30,394 bases of DNA from Ignavibacteriota bacterium (GTDB lineage: Bacteria > Bacteroidota > Ignavibacteria > UBA10030 > CAVZMI01). Made by a program: the position numbers and the translations under genes. The notes below the pieces were generated by a model. The model made no database searches and was not told the DNA's origin. It saw only the letters and a list, made by a program, of their open reading frames with translations. Shown here one piece after another: positions 1-8,372 of the stretch. The first letter of the stretch is position 1, and every line of letters starts with the position of its first letter. Location: NCBI GenBank assembly GCA_963776275.1, contig CAVZMI010000035.1, forward strand, positions 1 through 30,394. The letters run 5' to 3'.

Positions 1-64
1 TTCTGCTTCAGTTGGAAATGGATTTTTTGGCAATTAAATTAAGATAGAAGCCAAAGGAGAACCT

Positions 65-373
65 ATGAACCAACGGAAACAGATATCGGCCCAACAAAAA
101 GTTATTATTCTCCGGGAACACTTGGAAAACAATGTTCCACTGAGCGAGTTAGGTGAAAAATATGGAGTTCACATCAACCTTCTCTATCGGTGGAAAAAAG
201 AGCTTTTCGAAGGAGCGATTGACACCTTCGCTCGAAAACATGAGAAACAATCCAAAGCAGAGACACGAGCCGCTGATCGCCTCACCGAAAAACTCAAAGC
301 GAAGGATAAGCTCATTGCTGAGCTTGTCGAGGACAACATCCGGTTAAAAAAAAGTCTCACTGGCGACAATTGA
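65..373 (+). CDS. IS3-family transposase OrfA (HTH + coiled coil)
   Basis: AAGGAG RBS; HTH_Tnp_1-like 'LSELGEKYGVHINLLYRWKK'; C-terminal leucine-zipper-like segment ending at the slippery A-run. Confidence 0.92.
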   Translation: MNQRKQISAQQKVIILREHLENNVPLSELGEKYGVHINLLYRWKKELFEGAIDTFARKHEKQSKAETRAADRLTEKLKAKDKLIAELVEDNIRLKKSLTGDN

Positions 374-383
374 ACGATTGTTG
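346..383 (+). other. -1 programmed ribosomal frameshift signal of the IS3 element
   Basis: A_AAA_AAA(AG) at 346-354 is in the correct phase of orfA. The -1 frame is open (KKKSHWRQLNDCW) into orfB, followed by the hairpin CGACAAT-TGAACG-ATTGTTG (364-383). Confidence 0.8.
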
Positions 384-1362
384 GGTCGACATGGACATAC
401 GTGATAGTGTCATCGAATACGTTCAGATCATACATCAAAGATCGAATATATCGATCCAGAGACTTCTAAGCTGGATCGGCATATCACCCAGCAAATATTA
501 TGACTGGGTCGATCGTTGTGGGAAAGCCAATAATCACAATGGTAGCATAGTCAAAGAACACTGGCTTTTACCCTGGGAACGAGAGGCAATTATTCGATAC
601 TACAGCTCTCATTCCGAAGAAGGATATCGCCGCTTGGCCTATATGATGCTCGATGAAAATGTCGTTGCCGTCAGTCCGTCGAGTACCTATCGTGTGCTGA
701 AAACAACAGATCTGTTTAATATGTGGAATACAACACCAAAGAACCCGAAAAAGAAAGGATTTGATCAACCGACAAGGCCCCATGAGCATTGGCATATCGA
801 TATCAAATATGTAAACTTTCTTGGAACATTTTTATTCTTCACGAGCATCATCGACGGATTTTCTCGTTATATTGTCCATCACGAGCTTCGTCTATCGATG
901 CAAGAATTTGATGTACAATTAACTCTCCAACGTGCTTTGGAAAAATTCCCCGGGGTCTCTCCACGGATTATTTCGGACAATGGGACCCAGTTTATTGCAA
1001 AGGAGTTTGGTGAATTCTTACGGTTACGAGGTCTACAACATGCACGGACATCAATCGGCTATCCTCAGAGTAATGGCAAGATCGAGTGATTTCATCGATC
1101 GCTCAGTGAAGAATGTCTTCGAACATCAAGCTTCATTGATCTGAACGATGCTCGACAACAGGTTGCCACCTATGTCGAATATTACAACACTCATCGTCTT
1201 CATAGCTCGTTGTATTACCTGACCCCAGAAGATTTCTTGGTCAACAGAATCAATAGTCGTCTCAAAGAACGTGATGAAAAATTATATCAAGCTAGAGCCA
1301 ATAGAATCCAACAACACTCCACCAGCTGCGTTTCAAGTTATGCGTTACACCTTAATTCATAA
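370..1362 (+). pseudogene. IS3-family transposase OrfB (rve integrase/DDE) with internal stop at 1087-1089
   Basis: DDE motifs WHID, SDNG, NGKIE. After TGA the same frame continues FHRSLSEECLR...YYNTHRLHSSLYYLTP...to TAA 1360-1362. The family consensus NGKIERFHR implies CGA->TGA. Confidence 0.88.
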
Positions 1363-1395
1363 AGCTGTAATTCCATTTTCCGCTGAACCAGTACA

Positions 1396-1471
1396 TTTAC
1401 CCTGAGCGAGTCCCGATCCCGACGGCTTGCCCCGAGTTTATCGAGGGGAGTCGGGAGGGCGAGTCGAAGGG
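1396..1471 (+). repeat. REP-like palindromic element with nested inserts
   Basis: Outer TTTACCCTGAGCG...AGTCGAAGGG encloses the stem TCCCGAC...GTCGGGA, which encloses GCTTGCCCCGAGTTTATCGAGGGG. A related copy lies on the opposite strand at 17051-17111. Confidence 0.7.
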
Positions 1472-1556
1472 TTTAAAGTTGGAGGGTCTTAAACTATAGG
1501 AGCGGTATAAGGGTTTAAGGTATTTAAAATCCGTTTTATTATAGGAGGATGTGATT

Positions 1557-1946
1557 ATGGAAAAAATTATGGAGATCTTCGTTGTCGTCGAGAACAGACC
1601 CGGTGCGCTGGGAGATCTCCTCGGCTGTCTTGGCAGGGAGAAAATCAATATTGAGGCAATCGGGTTATTCCAGGATGTGGCAAAAATTTCTGTCTCGGAT
1701 GTCGATAGGGCGGCGAAAGCGCTGAGACTGAGCAATTACCAGGTCGAGCTGCGCGAAGTTCTTCGGCTTTACCTCGACAACAAACCGGGCTCGTTCGCCA
1801 TAGTAGCCTCGCGTCTTGGAGCGGCCGGGATCAACATCGATTATTGCTACTGCACGGTCGGCAAAGGGCAAAAGAATGCGTCCGTCATCGTCGATGTCGT
1901 AGACCTCGATCGCGCAGTGTCAGTCCTCGCGGGAGTAGAAACGTAA
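1557..1946 (+). CDS. ACT domain-containing protein (two ACT repeats)
   Basis: ACT signatures 'VENRPGAL...LGREKINIE' and 'LDNKPGSFA...LGAAGINID'. AGGAGG at 1543-1548 favours ATG 1557. Confidence 0.88.
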   Translation: MEKIMEIFVVVENRPGALGDLLGCLGREKINIEAIGLFQDVAKISVSDVDRAAKALRLSNYQVELREVLRLYLDNKPGSFAIVASRLGAAGINIDYCYCTVGKGQKNASVIVDVVDLDRAVSVLAGVET

Positions 1947-2094
1947 ACTTGAAGCAAAACAGATTCCTTGCCGGAGCGAGGGTAGAAGATTAGTGAGGTT
2001 TCAGGTTTTGATGTTGAAGGTTTAAGGCCTATTTTATGTTGGATCGCGGACATGGATTGACTTTTCTTTTCTCGGTGGCTATTGGGGTAAACAC

Positions 2095-2124
2095 TGCGCC
2101 AAAGGCGCATGCGCCTCCGGCGCA
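2095..2124. repeat. Tandem double-hairpin micro-element
   Basis: TGCGCC-AAA-GGCGCA followed directly by TGCGCC-TCC-GGCGCA. Confidence 0.65.
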
Positions 2125-2236
2125 AAGGTACACAGAGTACTATTGAATAGGCTATTGTTGAGGACACAAAGGAGAATTTAAGAGATCGTAACTCCAATTA
2201 TGTTTTTTCCTGACAATACTCTTTTGACTTTCCAAG

Positions 2237-2299
2237 CTTCAAACCTTCAACCTTAAACTTTCAACTTTCAACCTTCAACCTTAGAACCTTCGAACCTTA
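2237..2299. repeat. Heptamer tandem repeat array (CYTTCAA-like) with inverted partner at ~1997-2027
   Basis: CTTCAAA CCTTCAA CCTTAAA CTTTCAA CTTTCAA CCTTCAA CCTTAGAA CCTTCGAA; complementary GTTGAAGGTTTAAGG at 2013-2027. Confidence 0.8.
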
Positions 2300-3370
2300 C
2301 TCCCACACCCCAGGTATCGGCGTCAAGCATTTCGGACAGGTGCCGTTGACGATCCGATTCTTCATAACGTAAAAACCGGTACGCTCGACGAGAAGCTCAC
2401 TGCAGACCGGACAATAGGTATTTTCAAGCGATCCTACCATCCCGGGAATATTCCCCGCATACACAAACCGAACTCCACACTCCCGGCCGATTTCTGCTGC
2501 ACGCTGAAGAGTCTTTCTCGGTGTATAATCGGCGTTTGTCATTTTATAATCCGGATGAAATGCCGTCACGTGCCATGGAATGTCAGGAGAGACTGAAGCG
2601 ATAAATCCTGCAATCTCTCGCAGTTCGTTATCGCTGTCGTTGAATTCGGGAACGACAAGCGTCACGATCTCTACCCAGAATCCTTTTTGCTTTAATAGAG
2701 AAATCGTGTCAAGCACAACCGAAAGCCTACCGCCGAATTGCTGGTAATTTTTCTTCTGAAAACTTTTAAGATCGACTTTGAAGAACTCCAGGTACGGTTG
2801 GAGATACTCGATCACCTCCGGTGTGCCGTTTCCGTTGGAGACGTACGCCGTACGGAGTCCCTTGAACCGGGCAAGCTTGAAAATCTCGACAGCCCATTCC
2901 GATGTAATAAGCGGTTCGTTGTATGTGCTGGTAATTATGGGAGAACCACTTCTTAGTGCAAGCTGGACGAGATCTTCTGCCGTAACGATTTCAACCGGCG
3001 CCTGCGATTCAGCGTCGCGGAGCGTCTGTGAGGTGATCCAGTTCTGACAGTAGTCGCAGTGATAATCGCATCCTAACATCCCAAAGCTGAGTGCTTTACT
3101 GCCGGGAAGAACGTGATAGAACGGCTTTTTCTCAATAGGATCGACCTGTATACCCGATGCATATCCAAAAGGAACGTAGAGCTTGCCGTCGCGGTTGAAT
3201 CGGACTTTGCATATGCCGTCTTTCCCGGGGGCGATTTTACATCTATGCCCGCATGCATAGCAGCGCACCCAGTCATCGTGGGTTTTTTCGTAGAGTGTGC
3301 CCTCTACGGTATATCGTGAAAGAATTGAACCGACAGATTCGAGGGCGCTATGGTTTGAAAAGGACTTCAT
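2297..3370 (-). CDS. amrS: AmmeMemoRadiSam system radical SAM enzyme
   Basis: CDYHCDYC radical SAM motif; family signature 'DPIEKKPFYHVLPGS'; N-terminal CYACGHRC...GIC; 'TYNEP'; C-terminal CPVC...CPKC. Confidence 0.92.
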   Translation of the reverse strand: MKSFSNHSALESVGSILSRYTVEGTLYEKTHDDWVRCYACGHRCKIAPGKDGICKVRFNRDGKLYVPFGYASGIQVDPIEKKPFYHVLPGSKALSFGMLGCDYHCDYCQNWITSQTLRDAESQAPVEIVTAEDLVQLALRSGSPIITSTYNEPLITSEWAVEIFKLARFKGLRTAYVSNGNGTPEVIEYLQPYLEFFKVDLKSFQKKNYQQFGGRLSVVLDTISLLKQKGFWVEIVTLVVPEFNDSDNELREIAGFIASVSPDIPWHVTAFHPDYKMTNADYTPRKTLQRAAEIGRECGVRFVYAGNIPGMVGSLENTYCPVCSELLVERTGFYVMKNRIVNGTCPKCLTPIPGVWE

Positions 3371-3378
3371 GGCATCGG

Positions 3379-3407
3379 AATATACATCGCATATTCGGTG
3401 ATGTCAA
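3379..3407 (-). promoter_or_regulatory. Sigma70-type promoter of amrS
   Basis: Minus strand TTGACA-N17-TATATT, ending 8 nt upstream of the ATG at 3370. Confidence 0.7.
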
Positions 3408-3410
3408 GAG

Positions 3411-3477
3411 GATTTATGATTTCCGATTTATGATTTCCGAGTTTAAATTCAGAAATCGACAATCCGAAATCGGCAAT
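3411..3477. repeat. Inverted heptamer repeat pair
   Basis: GATTTAT GATTTCC GATTTAT GATTTCC ... GAAATC GACAATC CGAAATC GGCAAT. Confidence 0.8.
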
Positions 3478-3488
3478 ATCATAGCAAT

Positions 3489-6218
3489 CTAATGAGCCTC
3501 GAGCCAATTCTTTCCCACGCCGATTTCGATTTCGAGTGGGACGGACAGGAGTTGTGTCGTTTTCATGCACTCTTCAACAAGAGAGCGCATTTGCCGCTCT
3601 TCGGAAGTTGGAACTTCGAACACCAACTCGTCATGAACCTGGAGAAGCATTTTCGATTGAAGTGCGCCGCTAATTATCCTGTGATGGATTTCTACCATCG
3701 CTCGTTTGATCATATCGGCTGCAGTTCCCTGGATCGGCATATTGATTGCCGCACGCTCTTCGAATTCCCTCACCGTCCGGTTTTTATTATTGATGTTCGG
3801 AAGATATCGTCTGCGGCCGGAGAGTGTTTCCACATAACCGTGCTGGCGTGCGAGATTCTTTGTGTCGTGGATATACTGACTCACCTTCGGGAATCTCACA
3901 AAATACCGGTTGATGATCTCTTTCGCTTCGGATTGTGAAATCTCAAGTCGCGTTGCCAGTCCATACGGCCCGATCCCGTACATGATTCCGAAATTCACCT
4001 CTTTCGCTTTGCGCCTCATATCGCGTGTAATTTCTGTCTGTTCGACTCCGAATACCTTCGCCGCTGTGCTTGCATGAATGTCTTCGCGATTTCTGAATGC
4101 TTCCTGCAATCCCGGATCGTCCGACATATGCGCCATAACGCGGAGCTCGATCTGGGAATAATCAGCCGACATGATCGCCATATTGTCGTTGCCGGGGATG
4201 AATGCTTTCCGGATTTCACGTCCTATTTCTGTCCGGATGGGAATATTCTGCAGGTTCGGATCGCTGCTCGATAGTCTTCCGGTTGCGGCGATTGTCTGAT
4301 TGAACGATGTATGCACCCGTCCAGTGTCGGGATGGATAAGCTTTGGAAGAGCGTCGATATATGTCGATTTCAATTTTGTCAGTGTGCGATATTCGAGCAT
4401 CAATTCGACAATCGGATGTGCCAGCCGGAGCGACTCGAGCACCTGAACATCCGTCGAAAAGCCGGTTTTGGTTTTCCGTACCGTCGGCAGTTTCAATTTT
4501 TCGAAGAGGATTACGCCCAGCTGTTGTGTTGAGTTGATATTGAACTCCTCGCCGGCCTGCTCGTAGATCCGGTGAACAAGCTGATCGAGCTGACGCTCGA
4601 GATCTTTTGACATCTGTGCAAGAAACGGAACGTCAAGCCGGACGCCTGTCAGCTCCATTTCGGTCAGGACAGGGATAAGCGGGAATTCGATTTCTTCGCA
4701 AAGCTTTGTCATCGACTGTTTTTCAAGCCGCTCCTGGAGAACAGGGAAGAGCCTGAGCGTGAAATCGGCATCCTCGGCGGCGTATGTAGCGAGACGTTCG
4801 AGCGGAACCTGCCTGATATCGACCCTCGATTTCCCCGTACCGACGAGCTCGTCATAGGAAATCATTTTATACGATAGATACTCTTCGGCAAGAGCATCAA
4901 GGTTGTGCTTTCCATCAGGCCGTATCACATAGCTCGCTACCATTGTGTCAAATGCAATTCTTTTTAGACGCATGCCGTGTTGTGCCAGTACAAGTGCGTC
5001 GTACTTTATATTTTGTCCGATTTTTTTTATCGAGGGATTTTCCAGAACCGGGCCGAGATAATTTTTAAGAACAGCAAGAGGTATCCCGCCAATTCCAACC
5101 GGGATGAAATATGCATCACATTCTGCGACGGCGAGTGAAACGCCGACAAGTTCAGCAGTCATTGCATCCGTAGAGGTTGTCTCCGTATCGATACACAGAA
5201 GCGCCTGCTGCGAGAGTTGTTTACATAACGAAATGAGTTCCGCCTCGTTCGATATAATTTTGTATTGATGACGATCCGTTGTATTATCCGTAAGCGGCTT
5301 AGGCGCTTCAAAAACCAGAGTTTGATCTTCCTGAGGAGCTTCTTTGAGTTTTCGGACGAGCGTTCGAAATTCAAGTGCTGTAAAGAGTCCTGTAAGTTTT
5401 TCAATATCTTTCTTTGCTGCACGGAGTGTATGAAAGTTGATATCGAGCGGGACTTCGGTATGAATTGTCACCAGCTCTTTTGAAAGAAATGCGAGATCTT
5501 TATGAGTTTTAAGTTTTTCCCGCGTTCCTTTCTGCTCAATATCATCGAGATGAGTATAGACCTCGTCGAGGCTTCCGAAGCGTTGAATAAGCGGAATTGC
5601 AGTTTTTTCTCCGATTCCCGGGACTCCCGGCACATTATCCGATTTATCGCCGGTCAATGCAAGGACGTCGATAACCCGGTCGGGCTGGACGCCGAATTTT
5701 TCGGCCACCTCGTTCTCGGCGACAATTTCCAGGTCATTCCCCATTTTTCCCGGGCGGTACATTTTTATAAGGGGTGAAATCAGCTGCATGAAATCTTTGT
5801 CGCCGGTTACAAGGTAGGTCAGCACACCTTCTTTTTCTGCACGTCGGGCCAGAGTTCCCATGATGTCGTCTGCTTCATACCCCGGCACCTCTAGCAATGG
5901 AATGTTGTATGCACGGACGACCTCCTTCAATTTTTCCATCTGCGACGACATGTCGTCCGGCATCTTCTCGCGTGTTGCTTTATACTGTGGATATTTCAGA
6001 TGCCGGAATGTTGGCTCTTTCGTATCGAATACCACTGCGATATGATCGGGCCGTTCTTCATCGAGTACTTTATTGAGAAAGCTTACAAATCCATAGATGG
6101 CGCTTGTATTCTCACCCTTCGAATTCATAAGAGGGCGATTGATAAAGGCAAAATAGGCTCTATATGCAAGAGCCATGCCGTCGAATAAAAACAATTTCTC
6201 CTGGTTCTGACTGCTCAT
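3489..6218 (-). CDS. polA: DNA polymerase I
   Basis: 5'-3' exonuclease (YEADD, GDKSDNVPGVPGIGEKTA), 3'-5' exonuclease (DTET), polymerase motifs ADYSQIELR, RRKAKEVNFGIMYG, QVHDELVFE. Confidence 0.99.
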   Translation of the reverse strand: MSSQNQEKLFLFDGMALAYRAYFAFINRPLMNSKGENTSAIYGFVSFLNKVLDEERPDHIAVVFDTKEPTFRHLKYPQYKATREKMPDDMSSQMEKLKEVVRAYNIPLLEVPGYEADDIMGTLARRAEKEGVLTYLVTGDKDFMQLISPLIKMYRPGKMGNDLEIVAENEVAEKFGVQPDRVIDVLALTGDKSDNVPGVPGIGEKTAIPLIQRFGSLDEVYTHLDDIEQKGTREKLKTHKDLAFLSKELVTIHTEVPLDINFHTLRAAKKDIEKLTGLFTALEFRTLVRKLKEAPQEDQTLVFEAPKPLTDNTTDRHQYKIISNEAELISLCKQLSQQALLCIDTETTSTDAMTAELVGVSLAVAECDAYFIPVGIGGIPLAVLKNYLGPVLENPSIKKIGQNIKYDALVLAQHGMRLKRIAFDTMVASYVIRPDGKHNLDALAEEYLSYKMISYDELVGTGKSRVDIRQVPLERLATYAAEDADFTLRLFPVLQERLEKQSMTKLCEEIEFPLIPVLTEMELTGVRLDVPFLAQMSKDLERQLDQLVHRIYEQAGEEFNINSTQQLGVILFEKLKLPTVRKTKTGFSTDVQVLESLRLAHPIVELMLEYRTLTKLKSTYIDALPKLIHPDTGRVHTSFNQTIAATGRLSSSDPNLQNIPIRTEIGREIRKAFIPGNDNMAIMSADYSQIELRVMAHMSDDPGLQEAFRNREDIHASTAAKVFGVEQTEITRDMRRKAKEVNFGIMYGIGPYGLATRLEISQSEAKEIINRYFVRFPKVSQYIHDTKNLARQHGYVETLSGRRRYLPNINNKNRTVREFEERAAINMPIQGTAADMIKRAMVEIHHRIISGALQSKMLLQVHDELVFEVPTSEERQMRSLVEECMKTTQLLSVPLEIEIGVGKNWLEAH

Positions 6219-6238
6219 ACTATTATATGGACACGATG

Positions 6239-6340
6239 TTATCTGAGTAAGAGAAGTTTCCGGGTTGCGTTAAATTCTCCCGCTTCGATGCGGTAAAAAT
6301 AGACTCCGCTCGGATATCCCTTTGCCGACCATTCTACTTT
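6239..6340 (-). pseudogene. Orphan C-terminal fragment of a T9SS type A sorting domain
   Basis: VEWSAKGYPSGVYFYRIEAGEFNATRKLLLLR* closely parallels the end of the T9SS protein at 26012 (VEWNASCFASGVYYYKLEAGSFTETKKLVLLR*). The upstream frame is AT-rich and lacks the NYPNPFN half. Confidence 0.7.
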
Positions 6341-6558
6341 CAGGTTAAATGTGGTGAAGAAAAGATGTAATATCAAGAAAGAAAAAAAATTTAGGACATG
6401 CATTATAACTTTCGCTTGCATCTCCGTCATATGCCAGCTATATTTAAAGTAGGATATGGAGTAAAAACTCACGGCTCATGACTTCTAAAAAAAACACTTT
6501 TTGTATATTTTCTATGCAAGCACGAAAACCGGTGGTCTAATACAATCTGTATTTATGG

Positions 6559-6787
6559 ATTGCCACGAGCTCGTGCTTTTATGCCCCACGCTTCGTGTTT
6601 TTTACGTCCCACGTTTCCCCGTGGGATCCAGTGGGGTTAGCTCGTGGATGATAAGAGCTGAATATCCATAGGGCTTTAGCCCGAAATTAATCGATGACAG
6701 AGCCTATAGTAAGAATATTTAATATTGGGGGTTAAAACCCTATGATACGAGGAACTTAATATACCACGACCTGAAGGTCGTGGCAAT
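6559..6787. repeat. REPIN-like composite element (four hairpins, terminal inverted repeats) with nested inserts
   Basis: Terminal IR ATTGCCACGA (6559-6568) / TCGTGGCAAT (6778-6787). Hairpins CCACGAGCT[insert]TTAGCTCGTGG, GGGCTTTAGCCC (6671-6682), GGGTTAAAACCC (6729-6740), CCACGACCTGAAGGTCGTGG (6764-6783). Confidence 0.8.
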
Positions 6788-6881
6788 TCATTTGGCATTC
6801 ATTTTTCTCAGGCCGGAGTTGTTATTCAGTGGTCTCGACTCATAACTCATAACCCTAAAAAGCCATTTCAACAGCCCATTT

Positions 6882-8372
6882 ATGTCTCTAAAAGTCTTAC
6901 TGACATGCGAGAAATCGTTCCGGACTAAAGCGCAGCATGCTATCGAAATGCTCGCGATGATTCTCGGCGAGACTGCTCAGTTCGTTCGGAAAGAACAATG
7001 CAAAAGTTCTGATATCGTTCTCTGTTATGGCGGGAGAGACGCTCATCGCCGGCTTCCGGGCAAACATGTTATTATAAGTGGGAGTGAAGAGGCATGGAGG
7101 ATGTTCGATTTAAAGGAGCACTATCCTCATGAGATCGCCCGGCGATGCACGATTAATGGAGAACCGTCATTGGCGCTCTTTTATGACCGTGAGTTCGAAA
7201 AAGATCCTCGAGGAATTGTCGGAAAAAAAGGACGTGATATCGTTATCCATGTCGATATTGTTGCCAGCTCTTTCTTTTTCCTCTCCGGCTGGCAGGAGTG
7301 GCGATCTCCCAATGCCGATATTCATCAGCGGTTTCCGGTCGAATCAAGCATTCAATTTGCTTTCGGTCTGCTGAACCGCCCAATTGTCGATCAATATGCA
7401 ACTCTCCTTGAAAAAGCCCTTAAGAAATTCAGCTGGAGGCGTTCGAGAACCGGAAGGTATCAGGGGAAATCATTTGCAGTTCTGATGACTCATGATATCG
7501 ACCATACGCGAAAATGGACACCGGGAATCATTTATCGTGAATGTGTCCGTTATCTGATTCTAAACCGGCGAAATGATTTTATGAAGGATCGTCTTAATCG
7601 GTTCGGACATTTTCTCAAAATGTTGTCTATACAAAATGATCCCTATAGAAATTCCATTGAAATAATTCTGGCAGCCGAAAAAGCCGCGGGCGCACATAGC
7701 ACGTTCTTTTTTAAGGCCGGAGGTAACGACAGGCGGGATGTGACATATTCACTAAAAAACGCATTCGTCAATAAACTATTGGAAATTCTGCAGAAGGATG
7801 GACATCAGGTAGGACTTCATCCAAGCTACAGCGCGTATTCACAGAAAAGCATGATGGCCGAAGAGCAAAAAAAGCTGGCCGCGGTAGCGGGTGAACCGGT
7901 CGCTGCCGTCCGCGAACATTTTTTACGATTCGAAATGCCTCTCACGTGGAGAATCCAGGATGAGCTTGATTTTGAATACGATTCCACGCTCGGTTTCGCC
8001 GGCCACGAAGGATTTCGCATGGCGACATGTCGTCCGTTCCGCGCATATGATATCGAGCATGACCGCCCGCTCCGCTTATGGGAAATTCCGCTGATCGCGA
8101 TGGATGATACATTCGTATCGTACAGGAAACTGGACGCTTCTGCATCATGGAAAGCGATTCGTGAGTTGTTAGAGACGGTGAAAAAATATCGCGGCGTCGC
8201 CGTATTACTCTTCCATAACAGCTGTTATGATGAACTCGATAATAAGGGCTGGGGAAAGGTTTTTGAGAGTACTGTCCGATGGTGTATCGAGAACGATGCC
8301 GCACTTCTGAACGGTCATGAGGCGCTTGACTCGTATCGCAAAGCATGTGGTAAAATATCTGAAATAAAGTAA
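6882..8372 (+). CDS. Polysaccharide deacetylase-family (CE4/NodB-like) protein with N-terminal extension
   Basis: Motifs THDIDH, GLHPSY, REHFLRF, YDSTLGF, WEIPL, LLFHN. Confidence 0.8.
   Translation: MSLKVLLTCEKSFRTKAQHAIEMLAMILGETAQFVRKEQCKSSDIVLCYGGRDAHRRLPGKHVIISGSEEAWRMFDLKEHYPHEIARRCTINGEPSLALFYDREFEKDPRGIVGKKGRDIVIHVDIVASSFFFLSGWQEWRSPNADIHQRFPVESSIQFAFGLLNRPIVDQYATLLEKALKKFSWRRSRTGRYQGKSFAVLMTHDIDHTRKWTPGIIYRECVRYLILNRRNDFMKDRLNRFGHFLKMLSIQNDPYRNSIEIILAAEKAAGAHSTFFFKAGGNDRRDVTYSLKNAFVNKLLEILQKDGHQVGLHPSYSAYSQKSMMAEEQKKLAAVAGEPVAAVREHFLRFEMPLTWRIQDELDFEYDSTLGFAGHEGFRMATCRPFRAYDIEHDRPLRLWEIPLIAMDDTFVSYRKLDASASWKAIRELLETVKKYRGVAVLLFHNSCYDELDNKGWGKVFESTVRWCIENDAALLNGHEALDSYRKACGKISEIK

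Larger units (their letters stand above)
1..1395 (+). mobile_element. IS3-family insertion sequence (left end cut by window edge; transposase inactivated by a nonsense codon)
   Basis: orfA/orfB in 0/-1 frames. Right IR 1369-1395 ends in ...CA; its reverse complement TG-TACTGGTTCAGCGGAAAATGGAATT matches window bases 1-25 (TTCTGCTTCAGTTGGAAATGGATTT) at 19/25, so only the terminal TG of IRL appears to be missing. Confidence 0.93.

Noticed and set aside
2237-2299. Possible CRISPR array from short repeats here or at 3411, 6559 and 16970
   Set aside because: Units are 7-bp tandem repeats or palindromes without 23-47 bp repeats separated by unique spacers; no cas genes.
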